DNA from: the human T2T-CHM13v2.0 reference genome, Homo sapiens
Reading direction: 5' to 3' (one strand)
DNA: 64,000 nucleotides
NCBI RefSeq assembly: GCF_009914755.1
Contig: NC_060925.1
The stretch's first letter is position 1; each line of letters starts with the position of its first letter. Of this stretch, positions 28,720 through 47,000 are shown piece after piece. Both the position numbers and the translations under genes were made by a program. The notes beneath the pieces are model-generated. The model was not told the DNA's origin and made no database searches. It saw only the letters and a list, made by a program, of their open reading frames with translations.

Positions 28720-28910
28720 ATGCATAAACTTATTTAGTGCTCACAATAATCCTATGAGACAGGTATTACTGTGACCCCGTGACCTCACAGAGAACTTAGA
28801 TAATTTGCTCAAATTCACCAAGTAATAAAGCAAACATTGATGGGGTTAAAACAAGGTAATGATAAAGGTATAATTCAACCTGGTCTCATGTCAGCATATG
28901 GGCTTTTAAT
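28720..28910 (-). mobile_element. MIR carrying a 34-bp foreign insert
   Basis: tcacaataatcctatgagacaggtattact...taatttgctcaa; see findings. Confidence 0.6.
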
Positions 28911-29003
28911 TATTATCATGCAATATCACCTCTCTCAGTTGCTCAGTTATTCTAACTGGCAGTTATATGCATCTGGCAAATAGAAATAGAGAAAAAAAAG
29001 GTC

Positions 29004-29296
29004 TTTTTTTTTTTTTTGACATAGAGTCTTGCTCTGTCACCCAGGCTGGAGTGCAGTGGTGCAATCTTGGCTCATTGCAACCTCTACCTCCAGGTTCAAG
29101 CAATTTCCCTGCCTCAGCCTCCTGAGTAGCTGGGATTACAGGTGCCCACCACCACGCCTGGCTAATTTTTGTATTTTTAGTAGAGACGGGGTTTCACCAT
29201 GTTGGTCAGGCTGGTCTTGAACTCCTTACCTCGTGATCTGCCCACCTCGGCCTCCCAAAGTGCTGGTATTACAGGCATGAGCCACTGCGCCCAGCC
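29004..29296 (-). mobile_element. AluS
   Basis: Full reverse dimer with T-tail. Confidence 0.95.
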
Positions 29297-29352
29297 CCAT
29301 TTCTTTTTAAAGATTGCAGTGTAGTAACCAAAACTGTGTGAAAGATGTGCTA

Positions 29353-29673
<321 letters not shown>

Positions 29674-30273
29674 TTAGACAAGTCCCCAAAACAATTTGGA
29701 CCTCTTTTCTCATCTATACAAGAAGGAATTGGTCCGTTACCCTGAATCAATTCTCAGTCTGTGATTCTAAGCTGGTCATATTAGAGAAAGGGGAAAAAAA
29801 TCACATCCCGTATGTGGAGCAGAATCTATCAATTGAATTCAATAGACTTTTATTACATGCCTCTGTGTGATCAAAATTGTGCTAGGCACTCATCCTAGTC
29901 TGTCATAATTGTCAACTGGCTTTGTTATTCTTTTCTTTTTCATGCTCTCGAGCCAGTATCCATTTAATAAAATGTTTTCCATAAGTAGCTAATGGCAGTT
30001 ATGTATCCCTTTCCCTCAGCTGCACTCCAGCCATCTGCACTCACATTTCAGCATAATTACAAACATCAGGGCCCAATCTGGACCAGGAAGGGAGATAAAA
30101 GCTGAGCTATACTTAGTGGGTCCAGAAGATAACAGATTAGAGGGAAATTTTAAAAAATAAAATAAAAGTTATTTTAACCCTCAGATTAGAATTTGAGAAA
30201 ACCTTATTTGCATTTTTCTCAATCTTGCCAGCTAAATGAGAATGGCTATGGCCCCCTAGTCACCTATAGTATG

Positions 30274-31029
30274 TGTGGTGTTATGATATACATTGGTTTT
30301 CGTCCACAGTTCCTGGTTCATAACTCCCTCAGCCTTTGTTACAGTCTTTTGTGATAATGGGTGTGTTAGGCCTCAGGAAACAGAATCTCTTTCCAGCCTT
30401 CCTTTCACCTATCACAGGCAGGACTCTAATCTTCTCCCACCTTTGTGATTGTGGGTCTTAAGACACTCCCCTGACAGGTCCCGCCTCATACGCTGGCAGA
30501 AGAAACGCTTCCATAAAAACCCAAGAGAAGTGGGTTCAGGGAGCTTCCGGATAGCTGGACACCTGGAGGTTCCCAGAGGATGGTGTACCAGGTAGGGCAT
30601 AGGAACTCCGCACCCCCTCCCCCATGCCTCACCCTAGTGTCTCTTCCTCTGTATCCTTTCCAATATCCTTTATAATAAACCAGTAAATGTTAAGTGTTTC
30701 CCTGAGTTCTGTGAGCCACTCCCGCAAATTAACTGAACCCAAAGAGGGGTCCTGGGAACCTTAACTTGAAGCCAGTTTGTCAGAAGTTCCGGAGGTGCAA
30801 ACTTACCACTGGTAGGGGGAGTGGTCTTGTGGGACTGAGCCCTCAACCTGTGGGATTTGATGTTATCTCTGCATAGATAGTGCCGGAATTGAACTGGAGG
30901 ACTCTCAGCTGGTGTCCACTGCTTGGTGTGTGGGAGTTTTTCCAGAAGTCGCAGAAGTCTTCTTGATGATTGTTGTGGTGGTGTGAGAGCAGACGGAAAA
31001 TACGGCTTGAGGAGAGTTTTTCCGACATA
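30274..31029 (+). mobile_element. MER21A-like LTR, probably solo
   Basis: MER21-family body (aataaaccagtaaatg, cttgtgggactgagccctcaacctgtgggat); flanked by GTATG at 30269-30273 and 31030-31034. Confidence 0.8.
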
Positions 31030-31034
31030 GTATG

Positions 31035-34495
<3,461 letters not shown>

Positions 34496-35376
34496 ATTAT
34501 GCCATAGTCTAACCCATGGTCTCTGGCCATAAACTCTTGGCACAAAGTTGCTAAAACTCTTCTAATTTCCTGAGTGATAATGGTGCTAGGAGCACCTTTT
34601 ATTCTAATACTTGGTTTCTGACCCTGGTTCTTTACACAGAGCTCCTAAATCCCTTGGAAATTCCTGGGTAAGAGGACCACGTTTTGCTCTAATGAGGCAA
34701 CTCTTGGTGGCCTCCTGGATAAGGGTTGGTCACTAGAAAAACCAAACTATGATGAGAAGCTTGGAGCTTTCAACAAAGCTTCCTCTGGGGAGAGAAGAGG
34801 GGCTGAAGCTTGAGTTAATAATCAAATATACTAAGTAATGAAGCCCCCATAAAAATCTCTAAAATGCAGGGTTCAGAGAGCTTCTGGGTTGGTGAACAAA
34901 AATGCATCAAGGGGCTAGGAGGGTGGTGTGCCCGAAGAAGTCACAGAGGCTCTGTGCCCCTTCCCATATACCTTGCTCTATGTACTTCCTCATTTGGTTG
35001 TTCAACTGTATCCTTTGCAACTGTATCTTTTGCAATAGCCTTTACGATAAATCAGTAAAAGTAAAAATGTTTTCCCGTGTCTTATGAGACATTATATAAA
35101 TTATTGAAGCTAAAGAAGGGATTACAGGAAACCCCAATTTATAGCTGAACTTACAACTGGCATCTGAAGTGGGGGGCAGTCTTGTGGGGCTGAGCCCTTA
35201 ACCTATGGGATATGACGTTAACTCCAAGTAGATAGTGTCAGAGTTGAATTGAATTGTAGAACACACCCTTGGTGCCTACAAAATGTTGGAGAATTTCTTG
35301 GTGGGGAAATCCCACACATTGGGTGTCAGAAGTGAAGTGTTGTGTGAGGAGAGAGAAAAAGTTTGTTTTTCCCACT
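34496..35376 (+). mobile_element. MER21C-like LTR
   Basis: acagagctcctaaatcccttggaa 5' repeats; 3' half homologous to the 30.3-kb LTR. Confidence 0.75.
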
Positions 35377-37844
35377 TAGTATAAAATCCAAACTATGGAG
35401 ATAGAAAAGACCTATTCGCCTTAAAGTGGAAAAAATTCCCATCAATCTACGTTCATCTTTGTGAAAGAAAAATGTTTCTTCCTACCAGGCCCAGGTACAC
35501 TTTCAGTTTGTGTGCACAAATCTCTGATTTCAACAAACAATCCATCTTTTATCCAAGTCATAAACAATATTGAGGGTATATGTGTGTAAGTGTGTATGCC
35601 TGCACATGCATGTGTGTGTTCAAATGACATCTTGTTTTGCACTTCGGTGATTCAGAAGCAAGATTTAAGACTCTGAAAGTCTGTCATCCAGCAAGCATCA
35701 GACCACCAGATCCTCTGGGAAAGTCTTCAGTGTGACCTGCACTGTTGACCTTGTCCCAAGTACACAGGTTATGTGGTCTCACACTCCCATTCACTGGATA
35801 TCTCTCATAAACTATCACTTAAAATAACTTGCCAAAATACAGGAAGCTATTTTTTAATGGAACATCTTGATTCTTTCTAAACTTCCTGAATCCCATAGAC
35901 AAGTGCCTCATCAAGAAACAGATGTTCGGCACAAGAAAATATCAAAAAGTGGAAGCTTGACCAAAACAGCTCCACATACTTCGCTAATAATAACAAACAC
36001 TTGCAAAGGAGAGCACTTCACATTTTTACAAGTACTTTATTTCGTGTTGCTTTTCTTCTTCTGACTCTAATATGATAGTTCCAATGTCTTTCTAGAATGT
36101 AGAGTTTTAAGTCTCTAAATGATCTGTCCAGATGGGCTAGGTGCTGTTTTGAGCAGCGCCTGGGGAAACAGTTAGGAAGGAAAACATGGAGAATATAGAA
36201 TAAAGGTCTTAGCCTCATTTACTATTCATGAAACCAACATGGTCATCAAGTATCTACTGTCCAAAGTATTCAAAAGCTGCTTGGCCAATTCCTTTAAACA
36301 CTGAAATATTTTCTTTTTGAAGGAGAACAAAAATTCAGGTTAAGTTATTCTACCTAGGCATGGCAACTGAATGGAATGCCTTGCAAATAAATACTCTGTT
36401 TGGACTTTTCAGGAGCTCTATGGTCAGGGTAAATAAGCCTAAAAACGCACATGGATTAGCTGTGTTGATAATGCATGCATCCTATAATTAGGTTGATCAC
36501 ACCTACAGATTTTCCAGGAAAGACCCAATTTCTAATGCCTAGTCTGGAGGCAAACTATATGTTCCTAATCTGGTTGGAATTTGCAGTTGCTGAGCATATA
36601 CACGCCTGACATGGATTTATGCAGTCAGCAGTCTTCATAGCACTTCCAAGAATTGTCAGTACTCCATGATCTACCCAGATGGCAGATGAAAATTGGTTAA
36701 TTATGTAAAGACCTGGAAACCCTGACATACCCTTCTCATCCCATCCTCAAGGATGAAAACTTTTCCACTGTTAAGGCAAATGACAAGTTTACCTCTAAGC
36801 AACATTCAGAAGGGCAGGAGTGGGCCACCCTTTCCCACTGGAGAAAATGTAGTGTAGTATAAATGTAGTCAGTGGTGCCACACCCCCAAAGTCACATGCG
36901 TCTGTGTTTACTTTTTTATCTTGCCCTCAGTGACATTATACACTTGAAGAGGAAAAAATGAAGTTAACTGTAAATAAAGTGCAAGCATCATACACTGTTA
37001 GATTCAGATTCTAATTCATCCTCAAATTGTACAAGAAACCGAGACCACCCTTTTTCTTCATAGAATTCACCAAAATAAAACAGAATCACTTTCCACTGCA
37101 TATTAATATATACTTTTCACAAACTGGGAGTATATTCTGAACTTATCACAAGTCTTTTAAAGAAATATGGGGTTCTTAATTGAGTCCACTGAGATTTTTA
37201 AACATTATGGGAAGAAAATTGCACATATGTAATTGATTGCATCTTTTAAGCTACATTCAGGAGTTTGTTTCCCAGGCCTTCCTATATGACTTAGATGAGA
37301 TAAGAAATTATAATAAAAATGGAATATTTTCTCAAAATACATGGTGTCCCAATTCAGAATAAGAAAGTGTTGGAGCTGGAAGGAGTATAACAGACCATAT
37401 AATTGATCACGTCCTATTACAAATGTAATAGTGATACTTGGAGAGGGGAACTGGCACATGACTTATCCTCCACTAGGTAGTAGAAGCCAGTGTTACAGCT
37501 CAGGTGCCTGTATTCCCTATCTAGTACCTTTCCCACATGTTATATAGCCTCTTATACTTGTGTCTAAAAAGACTGTGTTTTTCAAATAAATTGCAAAGAA
37601 AGAATAAACAGGAAGCCTATTGACTGAGAGAGATATAAGATTAAGAAATCTCAATGTGTGAACATTTTTGGATCCTAATACAAACAATCCAATTGAGAAA
37701 AGAGCATTGAAAATATTTCGATTCTTACCGGATATTCAATGAATTATAGAATTATTGTTAACTTTTAAGTATGATCATGGTTTTTAATGAGCTTTATCAT
37801 TTTGTAAAGACTTGATATGTTTTGTAAGAAGAAATATACGTTGA

Positions 37845-38520
37845 TAATTAAAAAGTCAAAAAACAATAGATGTTGGCATGGATGTGGTAAAAAGGGAACA
37901 CTTTTATACTGCTGGTGGGAATATAAATTAGTACAACCTCTATGGAAAACAGTATAGGGATTCCTTAAAGAACTAAAAGTAGAACTACCATTTGATCCAG
38001 CAATCCCAATCCAGTGTCTGCCCAAAGGAAAAGAAGTCATTATATGAAGACATATGCACACTTATGTTTATAGCAGCACCATTTGCAGTTGCAAAGATAT
38101 AGAACTAACCTACGTGCCCATCGACCAGTGAGTGAGTGGATAAAGACAATGTGGTATACATATACCATGTTGTATATAAGAATGGAATAATGTCGTTTGC
38201 AGCAACTTGGATGGAGCTGGAGGCTATCATTCTAAGTGAAGTAACTCAGGAATGGAAAACCACATATTGCATGTTCTCACTTATAAGTGGGAGCTAAGCT
38301 ATGAGGATGCAAAGGAATAAGAGTGATATAATGGACTGTGGGGAATCAGGGGGCAAGGGTGAAAGGGGGATGAGGGATAAAAGACTGCCTATAGGCTACA
38401 GGGTGCAGTGCTTGGGTGAAGGGTGCCCTGAAATTTCAGAAATCACCACTAAAGAACTTATTCATGTAACCAAACATCAACTGTACCCCAAAAACTACTG
38501 AAACAAAAGTAACAATAATA
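37845..38520 (+). mobile_element. 5'-truncated L1PB-like 3' end
   Basis: L1 ORF2 tail and L1PB-type 3' UTR (atcaccactaaagaacttattcatgtaaccaaac). Confidence 0.88.
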
Positions 38521-41500
38521 ATTTAAAATATATATATATTGAAAAAATTATGGATAAAGTATTTTTTAAATACTGTACCATTTTTAAAATTTATCTTTAT
38601 TTTTTTTTAAAAGATGAGGTTATGATGAGGAAGGATAAAAAGGAGTAAGTTTTATCAAAGGCCTTAGCACATAATTGACTGACTTAAATTATGTTTCCTT
38701 CACTGCCTACAAAGGGGAAAAGAGAGATAAAAGGAAAATAATTGTTTAATAGGGGTCCTTCTACTAAAAACTAGTCACCTTAAATATAATATTTCATTTA
38801 TTTCTTTTAGCACTTCTGAGAAAATGAAGTTCAGAGAGGTTTGGTGACTTCCCAAAGTTCACACAGTAAGGAAGAAATAGAGGAAGTTATGAGCACTGTT
38901 CTTTCTACCCCGCCACACTGCAATTCAAGCGCTGGTCTTGAGGCAGGGGAGAGACTGTGAGCTCACATCCTTCCTTACTGTGAACATTTTCTTTCCTATT
39001 CCTGAATCCTGTAATCTTAAGAGTAACTTCCTCGATCGTTAGAAACAATCAGGCTTTCACTGTCTTTATCCTCTGGGTGACTCAGCCTTCAAAGTAGTGC
39101 AGATGCAATGTTATCTGAGAACTGATTAGAACTTTAAGGGAGGAAAGAGATAGGAAACTGTTATCTTCTGGCCTCCAGCCATATTCTGGTTCCTGTTACT
39201 AATGACTGATCCTGACTGAATTAATTAAAATTTAGCCCCTTTTCTCTCTGGCCAGCAGTACAGACAAAAACCATTAACAATGGCTCCAGAGACATAAATA
39301 AACTCTCTCCCTAGATATCATCTATCCCGTAATATTGTGTAGTCCTTGCTAGAGAAGGAGAAACAAATTAGATAACCTTTCTGGGATGTTTCAAAATGTA
39401 AGATTCTGGGATCTAAAAGTGTTATGAATTGATATCTGGTGATTCAGCATAACCCAGACTAAATGAAAGAAAGAATAGAAAGGGGCAACTAGCTGGAATA
39501 CAGAATGCAATTCACTAAAGAAGCTTCAACAGTAACTGCATGAGGAACAGCCCAGGCAGTACAACTTCCTAGAGCTCACCTAAGGGATACCATCATTGCA
39601 GCCAAAAGAAGACTCACCTCTTTAACAAGGCTTTCCTCATTATAGAAATGCAGACAGTCTCCTTCACTTTTCTTTTTCTCCTAATCCCCACTCCCCTTCT
39701 CCCATAGCAGGCACCTCTCTTTATTTAGCAACACACACTCTTTTTCCGATTGTGGCCTAAAATGTCAACACTGATACTGTTCTTGGTCTCCCCAATACCC
39801 AAGGAAAGCAGAGGAAATACCAAGCTGTCCTAGAAGTGCTCTTGTCTCTATTTGCTGTAACTTCATTCATGTATTCCTTCAACAAAATGTTTATTTGGTG
39901 TCTACTATACCAAATACAGTCTATCCTTTTAGTAATAAAATCATTTAGGTGAAGGGGAGGACTATCTTTCCCCTGAATAAATCTCTTCCATCCTCAGAGT
40001 TGGGAACAGATGAGCACTGGAGAAGTTCCCAGAGAACCATATGCAGGACTTGCTGCCCAGGAGGTTAACTGTGGTTAGAAACTCAGCGGTTTCCCTCCTT
40101 GCTGGCCTCTGAGAGATAATACAGGTTGTACATAGATGTCACAACATCAGCCAAATTGGCTGTGCCCGCCCATCTCTGGGTCTCTGCACACACAGGCCTG
40201 TCCCCTTCACCTAGATGGCCTTCCTTCTCTCTCCTCTTCCTGTCTAGACCTGGCTAACTCCTCTGTCCTCTTAGACTTTCTTCAAGCATCATCCGTATAA
40301 CCTTGTAAATTCTTCCCTGCCCACTAAAAGCTCTAGGGGCCCCGCCTACCACCCCAACTTCTGTGCTTCTTGGCACTTTATGGATATATTCCTTCGTAGT
40401 GGATTGCAACACTGAGCATTAATTTTTTCTTATTTATCTCCCTAACTGGGCTTAAATTTCCATGGGAGCAGGGCATGGGTCTTTCATCCATATGCCTAAG
40501 GCAAGTACACAGGTTTGAAAGGCAATCTAGAGAAATCACTGATATTGTTTCATCAGTAGGAATCAAAATAAATGTTTTTCTTAGTGATCCCCCTCCAAAT
40601 TTTATTAAATAGTTCATTCACTTTCTTAACATTCTAAAGTTTCACTACAATGCTTTCAATGACATCTCTAGAATATCAGGTATAGTAAGCTTGAAATTCA
40701 TACTTATTCTCAGCAAGCATGATCCTAAACCCAACCAGAAGCTCTGCTAGGACCTCTCTCAGGTTTCTTTGATGGTCCTCAATTCATTCCAATTGAGCTA
40801 TCAGTTGTTCAAGCTAATTGCCAGTCTTTAATTCACTTGGTGCTTGCCTTTTCTCTACAATTAGCCCAAGGATGTGCTTATGCCTTTGAATTTATTAATC
40901 CTGAAAACCCAGGAACCTTGACTCACTCTAGTGCTTTTAAAGGTTTAACAACCTCAGATTAGTTCATTAGTAGTCCTGCTTATTAGCTGCCTTTCTATTC
41001 TAAATTGTCCACACTTGACCCACATAAATCAGAGAACATGGGGAAAAAAATGATTGTTTTGTAAAATAATAATACATTTTAAAAACAAAATTTTTAAAAA
41101 CAAAAATTTAAAATAAATTTAAAAATAATAAATGTTTGAAAATTACCTTTCCCATTTACTTCCTATGGCTTCTGAAATTCCTAGCATTGACACACCCTTG
41201 AGATGGCCAAAAGCCCCTGTGTGAACTGTGGATTAAACACATTATACCCTTAGCCCTTCTCAGTCTGAAACAGAAATCAGATCTATGCCAGTCACCCAGA
41301 GTAGCAAAGGGCTTGTAGCTCTTTAAAATACTAATAACTGCACTGGTTCCTTTATATTATGATGATATTTAGATTTTTGAGACTATTGCTCATTAAAATT
41401 TTAAGGAGGCCTCATATACTTTTATATATTTAAAGAAACAAATAATCCAAACTTTTGGGCAATGAATAACCATAAGCACACAGTTTTAAGCCTAAAAATC

Positions 41501-41569
41501 AAAGTTGTCATCATAACATAAAGCAACCAGTTCAATTATTAGTATTATCAGTTTTTTAAAATAATCCTC

Positions 41570-41896
41570 TTTTTTCAGAGATGGGGTCTCACTCTGCACC
41601 CAGGCTGGAGTGCAATAGTAGCAATCATAGCTCACTATAGCCTCAGACTCCTGGGCTCAAGCAGTCCTCTCACCTCAGCTCCTGAATAGCTGGCACTACA
41701 GGTGCTATCCACTGTGCCTGGCTAATATTTGTGGTGTTTTTATTTATTTATTTTTTGTTGTTGTTTGTTTGTTTGTTTTTAGAGACAGGGTCTCCCTGTG
41801 TTGCCCAGGCTGCCCTTAAACTCCTGGCCTCAAGTGATCCTCCCACCTTGGCCTCCCAAAGTGCTGGGATTACAGGCAGGAGTAATGTGCCTGGCC
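41570..41896 (-). mobile_element. AluJ
   Basis: Reverse dimer with J diagnostics. Confidence 0.92.
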
Positions 41897-42744
41897 AATA
41901 GTAACATTTTTTGTTTCATAATACATTCATCTTTTCCCAAAGAGCAATATTTACTTTAAAATTTAAACTTGTTTAGAGAAATTCAACAGACTCTGAAAAT
42001 AAAATAAATTTTCAAAAGAAGCCTAAAATTCAAACTTGAAAATCATGGGTAAAAATAAGGTATTAAATTGACGCGACTCTTTTCTTTTTCATTGACAGTA
42101 TAAGATTCTCACCCATATAGTACAGGTTTCAATATGCCAGAGGGTAGAAACTCTGTGCTTATGGTTATTCATTGCCCAAATGTTTGAATTATTTGCCTCT
42201 TTAAACATATAAAAGTATGCGAGTCCTACTTAAAATTTCAATAAGCAATAGTCTTAAAAATCTAAATAAATAAAGAATAGTTTATACAAATATATCAAAG
42301 TTGACTTTGGCTGAAAGCTTCCCTGGACATTCAGAAAGGAATATTTTCTAGGATTAGATTTCTCCTTACATGTCATGGAAAAGTTAATCTTTGTTAATTG
42401 TTGAAATTTTCTTACTTTATGCGGCAGATTTTTGGATATCCTTACCCATTATATATATTCCACCCTTTAATCTTATGGAAAAAAACTTCTCTTTTTGTTG
42501 TTTAAAAAAAAGTTTATTTTATATTCTTTGCTAATAAAGAGTTGCTGTCAAAAACAATTCCCCTTACAGGAAGCAAATTATTCTTATAATTGCTTTCTTA
42601 TAAATCAGCATTAGAATCACTGAGCAGGTTGCTTCTGCCATGGCCCAGTGGTTTCAGCACAGGGCTGGGTCCTTGATTATTTTTCATTATTTGATTCTTC
42701 ATTCCTCCCAAACTTTATTTTTATGTTAAATTAATTAATTAATT

Positions 42745-42897
42745 GATTTTTAGAGACAGGCTCTTGCTCTGTTACCCAGGTTGGGGTACAGTGGTGCAAT
42801 ATGACTCACTGCAGCCTCAAACTCCTGTCCTCAAGGGATCTTCCTGCCTTAGCCTCCCAAAGTGCGAGGATTATAGGCATGAGCCACCATGCCCCAC
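42745..42897 (-). mobile_element. AluJ/FLAM-like monomer-length fragment
   Basis: Fused Alu arm pieces. Confidence 0.8.
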
Positions 42898-45174
42898 CTG
42901 CTCTCAAACTTTTATAGAAAAATAGGAAAATTTTCCTTTAATCACATCTCTTAGTAGTCATTGAGACTAAGTGTACCTCACTTCGTTTACATTAGGTTAG
43001 AACTCGAAAACATGTTAGAGAACAATGAATCCAACTTTTACCTATTAAATTAGCAAATAGAGTCCTGGGGAAGTGAAATAATTTGCTCAGGGACACAAAT
43101 TCAGATAATGACAAAATTGAGTCTGCACCTTACTCCTTAACTAGTACTCTTTCCACTCTGATAAATAATGATATGCTATTCAGACTTTTGTAAAGTGAAT
43201 TATATTTCTAATGCCATATGGAAGTCAGAACTGAACTCTTCAGCAGAGCTTTTCATTTAAAGCAGATTTTTCATAATGTGTATTTGTTGCCCTAATTTAT
43301 TTTATATGAATTTTTAAATATTTTTATCTAAGCATTGAAGCATATCCATGTTCCTTTTGTGGCTTGGAGAGAAGAAATGCAAAGACAGGAGCCTGTGTGG
43401 GGGAGGAAGGTGGGAGTCAGATAATAGAGCCATGGAAGGCAGGTTTGGAAGCATTTATTCAAGTGTCATTTTCCCCTTAGAATAGACAGTGTTAGACCCT
43501 TTCCATGGGTAAGTACTAACAGCTTCACAGCTCCACAATTCCATTTCTCCAAAACATTCTTCTCAGGCAGCATGGTAATTAGAAATTACAATGACCCTAT
43601 TTACGATGAGAACAGATTATGAAACAATATGTAATAGCTCACAATAATTGCGTATTCTACCACATCCCAATAAATAAAAGACTCAGTCAACCTATGGGGA
43701 AAATAAGCTCACTCCTTTACCACTCACCACTCTTCAATATTCTACATGAACATTAGTTATATCCTGGTGCATAAGAATTTACTGTGCATCAAAAAATAAA
43801 GTGATCCAATATTAATGTTGCTAGTGAATCAGATATAATACAGTAATAGGAATCATTGAAAGAAATGTTCCATCCATATATCTCAGTGAATATTATGCAT
43901 ACTTATGAGAAAACATAGAGCAAAATAATTAACATGGCAAATTTTCAACAGAAATTTTATTGATTTCTCACCAAATGCCAAGCAATGTGTCATAGAATCA
44001 CAAAATGCTTGGCAAACTGATGTTACAATCATTCTAAAGTCAATTGTTTGCCAATTAATAAGATTTATTCACTACATAAGAGTACACAATTTCAAACAAT
44101 AAGTATGCTAAAAGCATCCATTAAAGTCAAGTTGCAATTCTCATAGTTGCAAAAATGGCAAAGGAAATAATTATACATTGTCCCATATTCAAGTTTTCTG
44201 TGCGTTTCTGGAAAGGCACAGAAAACTTTCCCTATTTCTTAGGCTTTCTATATACTAGGTAAGAGGAAAGAACAGGCTAATAGCAATAAATAGTATCCAC
44301 CTTTAAAACCTATCCTCTTCCCCAGGGTTGGTACAATAGACAATATTGATCCCTTATTTACAATCTAACTTCTACAACTTAACAGCTACAAGTTTCTTTT
44401 ATGTAAATTTAAAAAACAATAATAATATTCTATGCTTTTATTTAATTATCAATATGTAAGTATGCACAAGGTCATTAGGTAAACTATATTTCTTACTATG
44501 GATCATAATAAAAAAAAGTTTGGAAGCCATAATTCAGAGAGTAAGTCTCCCTGGAGGTTTCATATTCAGTTACTAGATAGTATTGTTGGGAGAAAAAATT
44601 ATATGCTACAATGTTATCTCCTTAAAAATTATTTTTAGGTTATTTCTAGAGTGGAAGGCATCAAAAAGAAGACCTGAACTTGTAAGAGACAGAAGTCATA
44701 GATGGCCCTTTAAACAATAAAATCTTCCGAGACAAACACTGCTAATGCCTTTAGGGCTGAACATCTGTGCAAGGATCTTCTTTATTTACTTTAAATAACG
44801 AGGGATCAAACCCAATTTAATCAAATCCATTCTCAATAAAAGGAGAAACATCCCTACTTCTCTCCATCAGAGAGGATGGTTGGGTTAAGTTTTCTAACAA
44901 GTAAGATATTTGTTCTTCTATTTGCTTAGCCTAGATACCTAGGATTCTCTCCAGAATATTGTCCAGCCTACGGACAACCAGGGAGCCTCAAAGATTTTGA
45001 TGCATCTGTCTGAAAAAGAATGCTAGCTAATAAATAACCCCTGTGTCCCAAGGGCTTTTTCTCTGTCTAGCCATCCAGTTACTTCTATCTAATGAGGTCA
45101 GAGAACAAAGAACAATGGGAAATTTCCTCTTCCTCACTGCAAACTTGCCTCCCTCTCCCAGTCCCTGTACATTA

Positions 45175-45430
45175 ATAAAAATTAACATTTATACAGTCTA
45201 CTAGGTGCCAGACATGGTTCTGAGTGCTTCATATATATTAATTCATTCAGTCCTCATAACCAGCCTGTGAGGTAGAGAACTCTCGGTATCTCCATTTTAC
45301 AGATAAGGAAACTGAGCTACATAGAGGTTAAATAAATTGCCCAAATAGTACTTACACAAATAGTAAGTAGTAGAGCCAGGGTTCTAATCTAGACAGTTTA
45401 ATGTTGGAATCTATATCCTTAACCATACAG
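45175..45430 (-). mobile_element. MIR
   Basis: ccattttacagataaggaaactgag core, near full length. Confidence 0.85.
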
Positions 45431-45719
45431 TTTTTACTCTAAATAAGGACTTATAGAATAGGCATCTCCTTGAAGGAAATGATGTTCTGGATATTAAATG
45501 ATGTATGAAATACTCTATATTGTATTAATCTCCTAGCTTGGATCTTTCAAAATCTCTATATTGTTTACAGAGAAGAGATAATACCCAATCTACAGTCAAG
45601 CACCTGTTTCACCTCAGCTTAGCCATAAACTACAATACCTCTGTTACCACTGGGCAGCCTCCCTTGAGTAAAGATTCTCCATATCTGCATCTCTTAAACA
45701 AAAATAACTTGGTTCTCAC

Positions 45720-45763
45720 CTTTCCAGGCATGAGTGGGGCAAAGCTGCAAGTCCTTTGCACAT
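45720..45763 (-). CDS. RGS5: RGS5 coding exon 1 (MCKGLAALPHSCLE + phase-2 AG)
   Basis: Minus strand reads GCCAAA-ATG TGC AAA GGA CTT GCA GCT TTG CCC CAC TCA TGC CTG GAA AG|gtgaga. This is the known RGS5 N-terminus, with A at -3 and a canonical donor. Confidence 0.98.
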
Positions 45764-45844
45764 TTTGGCAGGTGGCTTAGCTCCTCCGCTTTAAGTACAA
45801 CTTCTTAACAGCAGAGCCAGTCTTTGAAAACTTCAAAACTGTCT
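45764..45844 (-). other. RGS5: RGS5 exon 1 5' UTR (TSS approximate)
   Basis: Lies between the ATG and a position about 29 nt downstream of the TATA box. Confidence 0.7.
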
Positions 45845-45865
45845 GGGATGCCTTTCCTCCTGAGG

Positions 45866-46125
45866 TATATATAGAAGCTCTTTCCCAGCCCTCTGTTGCT
45901 CTTCCAGCCAATCCAGAGCCTTAGAGGAAACTGCAGGCTGGAGAGCAGCAGCAGTGGGCCCTGAGGTGGAGGAGGGAATCCTTTCTCTGCTACAGGCACT
46001 ACTGTGGCATAAGGCTTTCATCTGCTCTTATCACAACACTCTCTTGCTAACCGGCCAGGGCAGGGTTAGGCCCTAAACTGTGCACAGGTCATTGGTTGTT
46101 TGAACTCCTAATCTCAGGCCAATCA
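45866..46125 (-). promoter_or_regulatory. RGS5: RGS5 proximal promoter: TATA box (TATATATA 45866-45873) and CCAAT boxes (about 45908, 46091, 46119)
   Basis: TATA about 110 nt upstream of the ATG, three CCAAT/ATTGG motifs, no CpG island. Confidence 0.75.
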
Positions 46126-47000
46126 CAAGGAAGATGTGAGCTTCCTGTGAAGCAAAGTGTCTTGGACCACTTCAGATCGGTCAAAGTCATAGATTCTTAG
46201 GACTGTAAGGGCTCCTGGAGATCGTTTAGCCCACTTTGTTTCACAGTGAAGGAAACTGAAATCTAGGGAATTCAAGGAATGTGTATGTGAATACTTACCA
46301 AGTGCCAGGCACTCAGCTGGATGCTAGGAATTCAGAGAAGAAAGAGAAAGCTCCCTGCCCTCAAGACCCCAAAACACATTATAAGTAAGTGATGGAGGCC
46401 GGGCTGGGATGTTGTGAGCCTTCAGGAAGCACCAGGCAAGGTTTTCTGGAGCTGAGAGACAAGATTACTGTTTATATAAATCAAAACAAATATGAATAAT
46501 TACTATATATTCTTTATGAATCCATATGTCTGTGAAGGTACTAAAAAAGTGATCTAGGAGACCAAACACCAAAATCTTAGTAGGGATTGAGTATAATGAT
46601 ATTATCTCTGAACTCTGTTAATTCTGTCAGTGGTCTTCTGATTATACTTTGCTTGGATGACTAATGCTTTGTAATTCTTTGTACCTCCCCACCATAGCCA
46701 TCCTTGCCTAGGCTTGTCTTTCCTTCTCCTTCAAACTTTTCCTGCTTCCTATCACTCAAGGAATATTTACCAAAATTTACCTGAATTGTGTCTTATCTTG
46801 TCGGGGCCCAAGGTGCTGATAAGTTAATCTGTAAATGTAAATGCCTAAAAGGTAGGCATGAGTCCAAGCTTTAAAAAAAGTGGCACTGAATAATCCGTAA
46901 GAAAAGCTCTGAATTTGGAATTGAACAGTACTCTCATAATTTTCTCTGTTATCTGAAATTAGTTGTTTTAAATGACTCCCTCTTTATATACCCTTTTTAG

